Part shown: piece by piece, positions 9,752 to 19,043 of the stretch
Position numbering within the stretch: position 1 is the first letter of the stretch
How the letters are laid out: every line of letters begins with the position of its first letter
Assembly (NCBI GenBank): GCA_001778785.1
Contig: MFIE01000019.1
Location: 1,072-61,374, forward strand
Length of the DNA stretch: 60,303 nucleotides
DNA from: Candidatus Giovannonibacteria bacterium RIFCSPLOWO2_01_FULL_46_13
Lineage (GTDB): Bacteria > Patescibacteriota > Minisyncoccia > JACPKW01 > UBA11713
Reading direction: 5' to 3'
Notes under the pieces: generated by a model
What the model saw: only the letters and a program-made list of their open reading frames with translations
Told to the model about the DNA's origin: nothing
The model's database searches: none
Translations under genes and position numbers: made by a program

Positions 9752-10480
9752 TTATTCTGAAACTAAGCCATCCCTTCGACAACAGAATTGCCCGCCGCCA
9801 CATTTTAGCCCAGCGCTCAGGCAGTTTGCTGATGAATCAGGAGTTCCTCTGGCTTCTTCTGTGCAATTAGAATAGTCTGTTCTAAAAAGGCCACGAGCTT
9901 CTGCGCAAAAATAAGTTGATTTGACCCCGCTCCCATCTGCCGGCGTGACCCCACCAGTACAAGTATATGTTTTGAACTTCTCGTCGAGTTGGCATCTCTC
10001 GTTTGTGCGGCAAAAATTAACTTTTTGGTCAGGCGGACAGGCTTGGCCTTTATTTTCTGAATTACTGCCTATGGGTGTCCTATTCGCGGGAGCCGAATCG
10101 CTCCCTTGTTCTACATTAACCCGCAACCCCGCCGTATCGATCCGCAGATTTAAAAGCGCGGGGTTTATTGTATTTAAGATTAGATATATCCCAAGCGCGA
10201 CCGCAAGGCCGAAAAGAGCGTTCTGGATTTTTTCTTTTGCGTCCGAGCGCATCCCTTCCGAAGCCGTCATCATCTCTAGCCCCGCGATTATGAGCATAAT
10301 TACCGAAAGCACTGCCGCCGTGGACAACGCAAATGGGAAAATAAATTTTGCGTAGCTTAACCAGTCGTTCGGCGGACCGCTTCTTGCGCCGACCGTTTCC
10401 TCTGAAGCCGCGCTTGCGACCGCGAAAACTGCCAAGAAAACGGCGAACCAGATAATAATTTTTTTATTCAACCTCAACAT
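9752..10480 (-). CDS. T4SS pilin-like protein (TrbC/VirB2-type two-helix hairpin) with a Cys-rich C-terminal domain
   Basis: Signal/TM segment, then two hydrophobic helices flanking a short polar loop (AGLEMMTASEGMRSDAKEKIQNALFGLAVALGIYLIL). The last roughly 95 residues contain 10 cysteines. Confidence 0.6.
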   Translation of the reverse strand: MLRLNKKIIIWFAVFLAVFAVASAASEETVGARSGPPNDWLSYAKFIFPFALSTAAVLSVIMLIIAGLEMMTASEGMRSDAKEKIQNALFGLAVALGIYLILNTINPALLNLRIDTAGLRVNVEQGSDSAPANRTPIGSNSENKGQACPPDQKVNFCRTNERCQLDEKFKTYTCTGGVTPADGSGVKSTYFCAEARGLFRTDYSNCTEEARGTPDSSANCLSAGLKCGGGQFCCRRDGLVSE

Positions 10481-11450
10481 CGAAGAAATTTACAATTTTA
10501 TTATAAAGATTGTTTATATTGGTTATGCTAACTCCTACGCGCGCTCCCTCGCCTTCCGACCCGGCTATAGTATTTACGGCAAAAGCTCTCGGATCGTCGA
10601 CGTCTTTTTCTACTGAATTCCCGTTAAACGTCCAGACGAAATCAAGGTCGGCGAGCGATAAATAGTTCATGAAAAACGGAACGGCTTCAACTTCGAACCT
10701 TTCCCCGGCCGCAACTATTTTTTTTCGTAAGGCTGCCGAAGTGACTAGCCCCTCGAGAGGCTTTCTTTCATAAAATAATATTTCCGGAGAAAATGCTCGA
10801 ACCGAGGTAGAAACTTCTTTTGCGAGAGTCCCGTCCAGCGAACTTATTTTTACCGATACTTCTTTTGGCGCTTGCCCAACTCCCGGAGCGGCGGTGGTTA
10901 AGCTCTGTTTCCCGCGACCGGAAAAATCAGACATTACCTTGCCATCCACGCGCCAGTTATAAACCAATGAGGAAGCGGCTATTTTTGTTTTTCCTGAAAA
11001 AAAATTGGGGACGGCGATTATAGCCACCCGGTTTTGGGGGCCTGGCAGGGCTGCCCCTTCGTACCAGTGAGGAACTTTATTTTGGGCTTCTATTATAAGG
11101 TCTATGCTTTGGGGCTGGATCGCCGCGACAACCTCGAATCTTTCTAATTCAGGGGTCTCTACTACGGCTTTAAGGGCATTCCCGGAGCCAAGCGCGGCGG
11201 CCGTAAAAGAAACTTCTTTTAGCCCCGCGCCTCTCGCCAAAACTTTTCCGTCGAGCGTCCAGGTTACGGTCGCGCGGTTCAGATCGGTCGAATATGAAAC
11301 CAAAGTCGCTACGACAGGCAAGCCTGGTTCAGGAAATTCTGGAGTCAATTTTATGAAAAGCGAAGTCGCGGGCGAGCCAAACTGGGCATAAGCGCCGGTT
11401 GAGGCCAGGGCTAGAGCTATAAAAAATATTTTTAAAATTGTGGATTTCAT
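10464..11450 (-). CDS. Secreted protein with three internally repeated beta-sandwich-like modules
   Basis: Signal peptide ending in AYAQ. The W-x-(L/V/F)-(D/N)-G motif recurs three times (VTWTLDGKV, YNWRVDGKV, FVWTFNGNS). Confidence 0.55.
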   Translation of the reverse strand: MKSTILKIFFIALALASTGAYAQFGSPATSLFIKLTPEFPEPGLPVVATLVSYSTDLNRATVTWTLDGKVLARGAGLKEVSFTAAALGSGNALKAVVETPELERFEVVAAIQPQSIDLIIEAQNKVPHWYEGAALPGPQNRVAIIAVPNFFSGKTKIAASSLVYNWRVDGKVMSDFSGRGKQSLTTAAPGVGQAPKEVSVKISSLDGTLAKEVSTSVRAFSPEILFYERKPLEGLVTSAALRKKIVAAGERFEVEAVPFFMNYLSLADLDFVWTFNGNSVEKDVDDPRAFAVNTIAGSEGEGARVGVSITNINNLYNKIVNFFDVEVE

Positions 11451-11863
11451 TTTGGGAAAAATTTCTGGAGAGTCTTTTGAAATAAAGCTGTATTTGCGAC
11501 GATAACAAATAAAATGGTTATGGTATGAGCTGGGACGATTGGTATGAAGCCTATCCCCGTCCCGATTAATGGCGCTAATTTCAGGAACCAGGGGCGGTTT
11601 TTATCTAATCCTCTCCTGTTTTGCCAAAGCCAGATAACGCCACCTCCGAATGCGTCAACCGGCCAGCCGATGACTGGTATAAAAGATGATATGTCTATTA
11701 TAACACCGAAGAAGATCATGAATACCGCTTCGACGGAGCCAACTTTCGATACGGTCTCCTTGGATTTTATTTTAGAAATAGGCGTGCGATTTTCTTTGCG
11801 CGCCGCGTTTAAACGCATCCCGTATTCTTCTTGTATGCCGTTGTCGAGCGTTGCCTCTTCCAT
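11447..11863 (-). CDS. Small integral membrane protein (T4SS-like cluster)
   Basis: 138 aa with three hydrophobic segments. Translationally coupled to its neighbours. Confidence 0.55.
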   Translation of the reverse strand: MEEATLDNGIQEEYGMRLNAARKENRTPISKIKSKETVSKVGSVEAVFMIFFGVIIDISSFIPVIGWPVDAFGGGVIWLWQNRRGLDKNRPWFLKLAPLIGTGIGFIPIVPAHTITILFVIVANTALFQKTLQKFFPK

Positions 11864-11865
11864 AT

Positions 11866-13668
11866 CTAAAGATTAGAACTCTTATAATCCTCTTTGGCCT
11901 TTTTAATCGCGAGCAGTTGGGATGGGTCGGAGGTAATTATCTGGTCCTCTGTGTATGAAGCCAAAATTTTAATCGCGACGTGCTTTAACCCCGCAAAGAA
12001 AATTCCTTCCCCGACATCCGATTCAAGCAGCAGGAATTTTTCCTCTTCTGTAAGGTTGAATGTTTCTTTAAGAAGGTCGATTGTCGCGGGAGCCTGTTTT
12101 AATAGAAGCTGGGTAGAGGAGTTTGTGATGATGGCTTTACCGTATTCGGAACTTAAGAAGTCCCCGACATCCTGCGTAACCGTTGCGATCCCTAAATAAT
12201 ATTTTCGTGCCCGCTTGGCGATGCCGAAGAGGAACGAAGCCCCGTCGTCGGATTTCATCAGCCACCAAGCCTCATCTACTACTAATAAGCGTTTCTTTAT
12301 GGAAGTCCGCACCGTGTTCCAGACGTGGTGAATAATAAGGTAGATGGCGATCGGGCGGAGCTCGTCTTCCATATCCCGGACTGAAAACACGACGAGCTTC
12401 TTATTTATATCCACGTTCGTCGGCTGGTTTATAAATCCTGCCCACGTTCCCTGGGTATATTTCTGAAGCCTTTGGGCAAGCGACTCGCCCCCCTCCATAT
12501 TCGCGAGCACTAATTCCAAGTCCGAGAGTATTGGCGGAGTTATTTTGGAAAAATCCGAATCGGGCGTGATGTCGCGCGAGGCGTAAGTTTCGGTTATCGC
12601 GCGATCCAAGATGGAATCTTCTTCCGGGGTGAGCCCGCCGAACATAATCCTCAAAAGGCCGATTAAGTTAATGATGTTAGAGCGAAGTACGTCCGCGGGC
12701 GCTTCGTCTTCCCTAGCCGGAGGCAGGTCGAAGGGATTTATATGGTGGTGTGAGGATAAAGATATATTGAAGTACCGCCCGTCCACCGTTTCGGCGAGAT
12801 ATTCGTATTCCCTTTCCGGGTCGATCACGATTACGTCCGTATCGAACATAAGCGAGCGCAATATTTCCAATTTCATGGCGTATGATTTTCCTGAACCGGA
12901 TTTCGCAAAGATGACCGAGTTGTAATTTTCGAGGCTAAAGCGGTCAAAAAGGACGAGCGAAGAGTTGTGCCGGTTGATCCCGTAAAGAATCCCTTTATTG
13001 GAAGTAAGGTCGAACGAAACAAACGGGAATAGTGAGGAAACCGGAGAAGAATTTAATTTTGTGTTTACTTCAAGCTTGTCCGTGCCCAAGGGAAATACGG
13101 TTTCGAGCCCTTGGCCTTGCTGGAAGAGCGCGGGCTTGGCGTAGACTAATTTTGATTCGAGTATTGAGCGGATCTCCGTCTCGGCCTTGTTGAGCGCGGC
13201 TGGGTCATCGGCGTATATAGTAATGTAGAGGCCGAAAGAGAAAAGGCGTTCCTGGGCCTGCTGGAGATTGTCTCGAAGTTCTTCCAAATCTTGGTGGGCG
13301 GTCTCCAACATTGGGTCGCGCACCATCCCCTTTTTCTCGCGGTCGTGTATTTGGGATTGCACCTCTGCAACTTTTTTCTCGAGCTTCCGCAAAATCGTAG
13401 AAGTTTCTAAGGGATGTATAAAAATTGAAATATCGAAAACTTTATCCAAATTTATTATCGGAGAAAACCAATTCACCGCGAGATAGCGCGGGTATGTGAA
13501 AATGAAAAGGGTGCGCGCAACTTTTTCCCCGAGTTTTACGAAGTTCGAATCTATTTCGAGCGCGGCCGGAGCAACGACGTCTTCAAGCGCCAAGCCCGCG
13601 GACACGGACATGTCCGGTATCGCGGTCATGCTTTCTTCTTCTGGGATTGTTTTTTTGAATAGCGACAT
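11866..13668 (-). CDS. VirB4/TraC/TrbE-family conjugation ATPase (C-terminal ATPase part)
   Basis: Walker A AKSGSGKSYAMK and Walker B LLVVDEAWWLM. 600 aa. Confidence 0.85.
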   Translation of the reverse strand: MSLFKKTIPEEESMTAIPDMSVSAGLALEDVVAPAALEIDSNFVKLGEKVARTLFIFTYPRYLAVNWFSPIINLDKVFDISIFIHPLETSTILRKLEKKVAEVQSQIHDREKKGMVRDPMLETAHQDLEELRDNLQQAQERLFSFGLYITIYADDPAALNKAETEIRSILESKLVYAKPALFQQGQGLETVFPLGTDKLEVNTKLNSSPVSSLFPFVSFDLTSNKGILYGINRHNSSLVLFDRFSLENYNSVIFAKSGSGKSYAMKLEILRSLMFDTDVIVIDPEREYEYLAETVDGRYFNISLSSHHHINPFDLPPAREDEAPADVLRSNIINLIGLLRIMFGGLTPEEDSILDRAITETYASRDITPDSDFSKITPPILSDLELVLANMEGGESLAQRLQKYTQGTWAGFINQPTNVDINKKLVVFSVRDMEDELRPIAIYLIIHHVWNTVRTSIKKRLLVVDEAWWLMKSDDGASFLFGIAKRARKYYLGIATVTQDVGDFLSSEYGKAIITNSSTQLLLKQAPATIDLLKETFNLTEEEKFLLLESDVGEGIFFAGLKHVAIKILASYTEDQIITSDPSQLLAIKKAKEDYKSSNL

Positions 13669-13669
13669 A

Positions 13670-14329
13670 TTATTGTATTTCGGGAGCCCTACCTTTTTCT
13701 ATTTCGCCGGGGTTAAAAAGGCTGTAGTAAAGTTCGACCAATTCATCGGTGTTCAAGGGAGCGACGCGGACGCCGGCCGAAGTTAATCCTTGGGCGACGG
13801 TATCGACCCGCTGGAAAATCTGCGTTTTGTATTCTTCGAATTTTTCGTCCGGAATTTTTTTCACTTCGTTTTTCTTTCCGGAAAAAATTCCCAGGAGCGA
13901 ATCGAGCGCGCCCTTGGGCGTTTCAAAAGCCGGCGGGTCGTAAGGGACGACGGCGTAAAAAGATTTCGTCACCGTATTGGAAGTCTCCACGAAATTTTTT
14001 ATGAATTCGATATATTCGCGCGTCTGGATTTTAAGTAGTTCGTTAAGCTGGTTTTTCTCCGCTTCTTTCAGCGTCTCGAGATACGGCGTTATATTTAATT
14101 TCCTCGACTGTATGAAAAACTGCACGGTGAAATCGAGCGAGTTCAGAAAATTTTGGTACTGATAGATAGTAGCTTCCTGTTCCTCCGCGGACTTTAAGGA
14201 AAAATTTAAAGAAGAAGCCATGAGGATCATGCGCAACCCCCCGTTTTTTAACACGACAATCCCGTCCCGGATTTCCCGTATCGGTACGAATTCCTGCGAA
14301 CTTCTTGCGTTTAATTTAGCTTGGGCCAT
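13670..14329 (-). CDS. Probable detached N-terminal domain of the VirB4-like ATPase
   Basis: 219-aa ORF that stops 1 nt before the VirB4 ATG, in a different frame. 219+600 aa approximates a full-length VirB4/TraC. The N-terminus FVPIREIRDGIVVLKNGGLRMIL resembles the start of Gram-positive VirB4 homologues. Confidence 0.5.
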   Translation of the reverse strand: MAQAKLNARSSQEFVPIREIRDGIVVLKNGGLRMILMASSLNFSLKSAEEQEATIYQYQNFLNSLDFTVQFFIQSRKLNITPYLETLKEAEKNQLNELLKIQTREYIEFIKNFVETSNTVTKSFYAVVPYDPPAFETPKGALDSLLGIFSGKKNEVKKIPDEKFEEYKTQIFQRVDTVAQGLTSAGVRVAPLNTDELVELYYSLFNPGEIEKGRAPEIQ

Positions 14330-14330
14330 G

Positions 14331-14633
14331 TTATTTTTGCTCCCTCTTTTTCCAGATGAATAATCGCGTGGTCGTGTAATGGGTAAGCATGCTTTCCAGG
14401 ATTTTTATGAAGGGCTGTCCGTTAACTTTGTAAAATGCCAAGGCTCCAAAAAATGCTCCGACGGGCGCTATCAACATGAATATTATGAAAAACGGCAGGA
14501 TAGATCTTAAGAGGACGTACATGATGAAAATAATTCCCGTACCCCCGATGACGTACAAAAATTGCTTGAGCGTCAACGGCCCAAATATTTTATCTTCAAC
14601 TTCTATAAATTGTGGTACGTGAAATTGTCTCAT
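14331..14633 (-). CDS. PrgI/VirB3-like small membrane protein
   Basis: 100 aa. FGPLTLKQFLYVIGG followed by two TM helices. Located immediately upstream of the VirB4 parts. Confidence 0.55.
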   Translation of the reverse strand: MRQFHVPQFIEVEDKIFGPLTLKQFLYVIGGTGIIFIMYVLLRSILPFFIIFMLIAPVGAFFGALAFYKVNGQPFIKILESMLTHYTTTRLFIWKKREQK

Positions 14634-15586
14634 ATCTGTTCTCTATAAGGATCAAGTTTTTTCTCTTCTTTTTTGTCGAGAATGGGAAGTTCTGGCGGAG
14701 GCGTCGGCGGTTTTGGGTATGGTTTATCTGTCTGAATGGTTTTAAAATTTTCTGCGGGTGCGGGCTTCTTAATTTCCTCAGGCGAGCCCGGCATCACGCG
14801 TAATCCCCGGTCGCGCTTTATCGAGGAAGAAACATTTTCCGGAGCTTGGACGGGAATTTCTTTTTTAATTTCTTCCTGCGGCGGAATGGTTGCCGTTGGT
14901 TCCATGACTTCAGTAACTTCTTTTTTTATCTCTTGTTTTGTTTCTGGTACAACAGGCGAAGTTTTCGGAGGTTGGGGTGTTCCTGCCTGTATTTTTATCG
15001 GCTTAATCTCGAGCGGCCGCGGTTCCTGCTTGGGAGTTTCCCGCGGAGGAAGGACCCGGAGAACCGGAGGCGGCGCCTTTGATGGCGTTGGCGGAGTTGA
15101 GGGGAGGGGTTTCATCGGGGATTTAAAAATCGGCGTCGGCAACGGTTTCATTTTTTCTTCGCGCTCGGTTTCAACCGCGCGTTCTGCGGCGTCCATTTCT
15201 TCTTTGGAAACTTTCGCTGTGCCCTCCGTAGCCTTTGGCGAAGGAGGGGCTTCCGTGTCCGTGATGTTATGAATTTTCCTCAAACTCACCCGCACTTTCT
15301 GAAAAATTTGTTGGTTTACATCGCTTGCGATCTGTTTTGCCGTTTCCCGGTCGATCTCTAATTTTTCCGAAAGACTCGTAATAAAATCTTTGGGGTGCAA
15401 AACGCCAAGCAAAACAAGGCCAATTTCGTCTGCTAAAATACCCATTTTTTTTATCTCCAACTTGTAATTAGTGGATATGCTCCTTATCGAGTCAGAAGTT
15501 TTTTCACTAAAAATGGAGTCTTGTAAATCTTGAGGAAGCTCTTTGTACTTCTGAATCAGTACTTCTGTTGTGTTTTGTGTAGACAT
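14630..15586 (-). CDS. Proline-rich protein of the T4SS-like cluster
   Basis: 318 aa. Structured N-terminal roughly 100 aa, then a long P/E/K-rich low-complexity tract. Confidence 0.55.
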   Translation of the reverse strand: MSTQNTTEVLIQKYKELPQDLQDSIFSEKTSDSIRSISTNYKLEIKKMGILADEIGLVLLGVLHPKDFITSLSEKLEIDRETAKQIASDVNQQIFQKVRVSLRKIHNITDTEAPPSPKATEGTAKVSKEEMDAAERAVETEREEKMKPLPTPIFKSPMKPLPSTPPTPSKAPPPVLRVLPPRETPKQEPRPLEIKPIKIQAGTPQPPKTSPVVPETKQEIKKEVTEVMEPTATIPPQEEIKKEIPVQAPENVSSSIKRDRGLRVMPGSPEEIKKPAPAENFKTIQTDKPYPKPPTPPPELPILDKKEEKKLDPYREQI

Positions 15587-15589
15587 GGT

Positions 15590-17749
15590 TTACTTGAGCT
15601 TTAATAGTCGCCTCGCTGGCGCAGTCTCGAGCCAATTGGCTGTTCCGGCATTTCCTAATCGACGAAGTTCTGTTGCTATATATTCTGCATCTTCCATCCC
15701 GCTGGCATCATATTTCATAAGCTCTTCGCGATATTTGGCCGAAACATCATCCCCTCTGTTAACAATTTTTTGAATTTGAGATGGCTTGGCACCTTTAACG
15801 ACTCCTGACATTAATATGGAATTAGCCGGATCAAGTAAGTGCTTTGCATCGACTTTCTCGAAGTCAATTTCTTTAACAGCATCTTCTATCGACTTCCCTA
15901 TCGTGGCCCCGACCCTAGTTACTACTCCAGGTATTACGCTTAAGACGTCATTTATCCTGTCTTTTCTTAGGGTGCTAACATCTAAGGCAAAGTCATCCGC
16001 TTTGCCTATCTTATCGAATTCCTTGGCGATCTTTTGTATTTGTTCTTTATTGGCATTTTCTACAACAGAGCGTCGAATATTCGGGTTCTTAATATTACTC
16101 CATTTAGCTGCTAACTCATTAAGTGGCTGTTTTAATTCGTTTTTAGCTCGCTCATCATAATACTTTTCTTTCTTTTCGGTCGACATTCTTTCTATGGCGT
16201 TGTCTATGCTTGCAGCAGCTTTTGGATAGCTTTTTTCTGAAGCGTTGTGCATTTCGGCAAGTTCGCGGGGAGACATATTTTCCGTTATCATATCTTGAAT
16301 CTGGGGGGAGTATCTTTGGAATCGGCGAGCCCTGGCCTCTGGGCTTAAGCTTTTAAGAAAACCTAAATGCGTTTTTGCTACGTCTTCCATTCCGCCTACT
16401 TTGGAGGCACCCTGAAGCCCACGCGAGGCCAATTCTCCAAGCCCGCCTACAACTGGAATAGCTGAGAATTTTTTAAGTCCTCTTCCTATTACGCCAGCAT
16501 ATTTCCCGTCCTGTAAGCGAGAGGCCGGCCTCGCAATAAAGGTTCTAGCAGCTCCTCGTCCTACATACCCCTTGAATGCATTCCCGGCGCTGGTGGCCAT
16601 CTTCATCGCGCCGTCAGCTCCGTAGATGCCAAGAGTTTTTGCGACGATCAGCCCGCCTCCGAGCATTAAGAAGATCATGAGGTTCTGCATTATTAAAAGA
16701 AATAGGAGTTCCGTGGTAGACGTTGTATTCTTAAGTGTTTCTCCAATCTTTAGAAAGTCAGACTGACTTATACGGATTGTTATTAAAATAAAAAACATAA
16801 ATGCTGGAGCGAAGATGGCTTGAGACTGAAGTGCCGACCACCATTTTTGCGCGTATCCTTTTGTCGCGGGCAAAATCAGGAAGACAAATCCGAACGGAGC
16901 CAAAATCATCAAGATCCACAGAAACGCCATGCGCGCGGCAAAGAAGAAAGCGGCCGCAAGAAATATAAATCCTGCGAAGAGCATTATAAAAATTCCTGCT
17001 ACGAGGGTTACTATCACGGCAATACCCGTGCCTATCGCGTCTTGTGGTTGAGATCCTGCTGTGGGGCCAACGTCAAGTGACGCCGGGCTTCGACCAAGAA
17101 TTTTTTGCTGACCCAGCCCCTGCATTAATGCGCCTGTTATATCCTTATCAAATCCTTTTTGCGAAGAGTTTAGTAAATAAGATTTGCTTCCAGTAACTGT
17201 AACCGCGCTGTAAAGCTCGTATGCGAGAGCATTGGTTACAAAAATTATTGCCTGCGTCGCGAGCAAACTGAAATTTACTAACAGCGCGATAATTATCAAG
17301 GTTGATAAAAGTTTTTTAGCTCCGTATGATTCGATCCCAAGTATTGTCGCGATCGCGATAAAGAGTAGCGCGAATATGAAGAATATATTCACAATGTCTC
17401 GAGTGAACGTCCACCCGGCCGTTACTGCTGTAATAGAATCGCCGGTATAAAAGGCATTATTTATAGTCATGCCCAATGCGAAATTCAAAACGTTTCCGGC
17501 AATTCCAACGAACCAGCCAACTATTACAAAAACGTAGTAGGCAACATATGAAAGAAGCTTAAGGGCGCAACCAATTGAAAGCCAACTAAGCCATCCGCAA
17601 CCGCCAATGGTTTCTACAATAGATCTGCCTGGTGCTGGTTTTTCTGTGGCCGCAAAACCTTGCTGGGGCATCAATGCAATAACTAGAATACCCAAAACCA
17701 AAACTCCTATCAAAAATTTTCTGCCGTTTTGTTTTGAGAGAAGATTCAT
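15590..17749 (-). CDS. Large polytopic membrane protein, VirB6/TrbL-like candidate
   Basis: 719 aa. Signal peptide and at least 8 hydrophobic helices in the first roughly 400 aa, then a soluble helical tail. Position and topology fit a T4SS channel component. Confidence 0.5.
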   Translation of the reverse strand: MNLLSKQNGRKFLIGVLVLGILVIALMPQQGFAATEKPAPGRSIVETIGGCGWLSWLSIGCALKLLSYVAYYVFVIVGWFVGIAGNVLNFALGMTINNAFYTGDSITAVTAGWTFTRDIVNIFFIFALLFIAIATILGIESYGAKKLLSTLIIIALLVNFSLLATQAIIFVTNALAYELYSAVTVTGSKSYLLNSSQKGFDKDITGALMQGLGQQKILGRSPASLDVGPTAGSQPQDAIGTGIAVIVTLVAGIFIMLFAGFIFLAAAFFFAARMAFLWILMILAPFGFVFLILPATKGYAQKWWSALQSQAIFAPAFMFFILITIRISQSDFLKIGETLKNTTSTTELLFLLIMQNLMIFLMLGGGLIVAKTLGIYGADGAMKMATSAGNAFKGYVGRGAARTFIARPASRLQDGKYAGVIGRGLKKFSAIPVVGGLGELASRGLQGASKVGGMEDVAKTHLGFLKSLSPEARARRFQRYSPQIQDMITENMSPRELAEMHNASEKSYPKAAASIDNAIERMSTEKKEKYYDERAKNELKQPLNELAAKWSNIKNPNIRRSVVENANKEQIQKIAKEFDKIGKADDFALDVSTLRKDRINDVLSVIPGVVTRVGATIGKSIEDAVKEIDFEKVDAKHLLDPANSILMSGVVKGAKPSQIQKIVNRGDDVSAKYREELMKYDASGMEDAEYIATELRRLGNAGTANWLETAPARRLLKLK

Positions 17750-17750
17750 T

Positions 17751-19043
17751 TTACTGGAGGGTTATGCTTATCGTGGTTGAGCCGATGTTCCCTGCCGCGT
17801 CTCGCGCCCGCGCCGATATTGAATAAATTCCCGGAGATGCCGCCGCCGGATTCCAGCTTACCGTGAATGGGTATGTTGTATCTTCTGCGCCGACCGAGAC
17901 TCCGTTAACGAATGCGCTCACCCCGGTAACCCCGGTGTTATCGATCGCCGAAATAGAGATGTCCATCTGTGTCGTGGTGGAGCGCGTTGTCCCGTTGACC
18001 GGAGAAATAATAATTACGGACGGCGGAGTTCGGTCCGGCTCGCTCGTCGCGCGGTTTATCGCGTTTTCATCTCTGCCGGCAAATCCTCCGGAAGGAGATA
18101 ATAGTTTTCCAACCATTTCTTGGAAAAAGACATTTATTATTTCGTTTATCTCATCCGCGACTTCGAGCTGCCGTATCCATGTTGTCTCAGATTTCTTTAA
18201 TTGATCCTCAACCAACCCTCCGGGAGTTTGTATTTTGCAATGTTTGGTATCTGTATATGTATCTCCCGTGTATTCTCCGGTTTCCGGGTCCACCACTTTT
18301 TCTTTTGGACAATCTTGCCATGAAAGAAATCCTCCGCCGGTTGTCTGCACCTCGGTTTGGCTTCCGTAAAGGGCGGCTGTTTTTGTTTCATCCATCTTGC
18401 TTACCCCCATCAGATATTGGCCCAAAATATTTCCGCTTGGATCGAGCGTTGCAAACCAGGCGTCCCAACCTCCGTGTGAAAAATCGTCAAAATAAATTTG
18501 AACTTGGAAATTCTCGACGTTGCGGACGATGTCCGAAAGTTTGCACCGCGCCTGTTCCGTATAGCTCGGCCGCCTGTGCACGTTCAAAAGAGGGGGGAGA
18601 CTCAACCTGAAGGGTTCGCAGACTAATTTTAAAAGTTCGGAATTTTTCCCAAAATACCTTTCTAGGAAAAGACCCACTGCGTTATCCATTTCACGAGAAA
18701 AATGTTCGAGGAAATTGTCCACGAACAAAGGCCCTCTGGCGTCCCCTGTTTTAATCCAGTTTTGTATTGATGTCGAAATTGTTTTTATTAACGATTTCGC
18801 TGCAAGGCCCGCGATTGTATCGAATATATATTCTTTTTGAACCAGCGCGTCTGTTGCTTGGGATATTAATTTATTTATCCCAGCGGTTAGTGTTGTCTGG
18901 ACTAAATTTTCAGGGTCAAGGACTATGTCCAAGGCGTGCGCAGTTTTAGGAGGGGGCAATGTCAAAGATCCCAAAAATAAACTTATTATAAAAAACCCTG
19001 CGAATATTTTTTGGGTTGTTTTGGAAAATCTAGGCATAATCAA
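17751..19043 (-). CDS. Membrane-anchored/secreted protein with a C-terminal Ig-like domain
   Basis: N-terminal hydrophobic anchor. C-terminal PPSVIIISPVNG...VSAFVNGVSVGAEDTTYPFTVSWNP...ARDAAGNIGSTTISI resembles bacterial Ig-like repeats. Confidence 0.5.
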   Translation of the reverse strand: MIMPRFSKTTQKIFAGFFIISLFLGSLTLPPPKTAHALDIVLDPENLVQTTLTAGINKLISQATDALVQKEYIFDTIAGLAAKSLIKTISTSIQNWIKTGDARGPLFVDNFLEHFSREMDNAVGLFLERYFGKNSELLKLVCEPFRLSLPPLLNVHRRPSYTEQARCKLSDIVRNVENFQVQIYFDDFSHGGWDAWFATLDPSGNILGQYLMGVSKMDETKTAALYGSQTEVQTTGGGFLSWQDCPKEKVVDPETGEYTGDTYTDTKHCKIQTPGGLVEDQLKKSETTWIRQLEVADEINEIINVFFQEMVGKLLSPSGGFAGRDENAINRATSEPDRTPPSVIIISPVNGTTRSTTTQMDISISAIDNTGVTGVSAFVNGVSVGAEDTTYPFTVSWNPAAASPGIYSISARARDAAGNIGSTTISITLQ

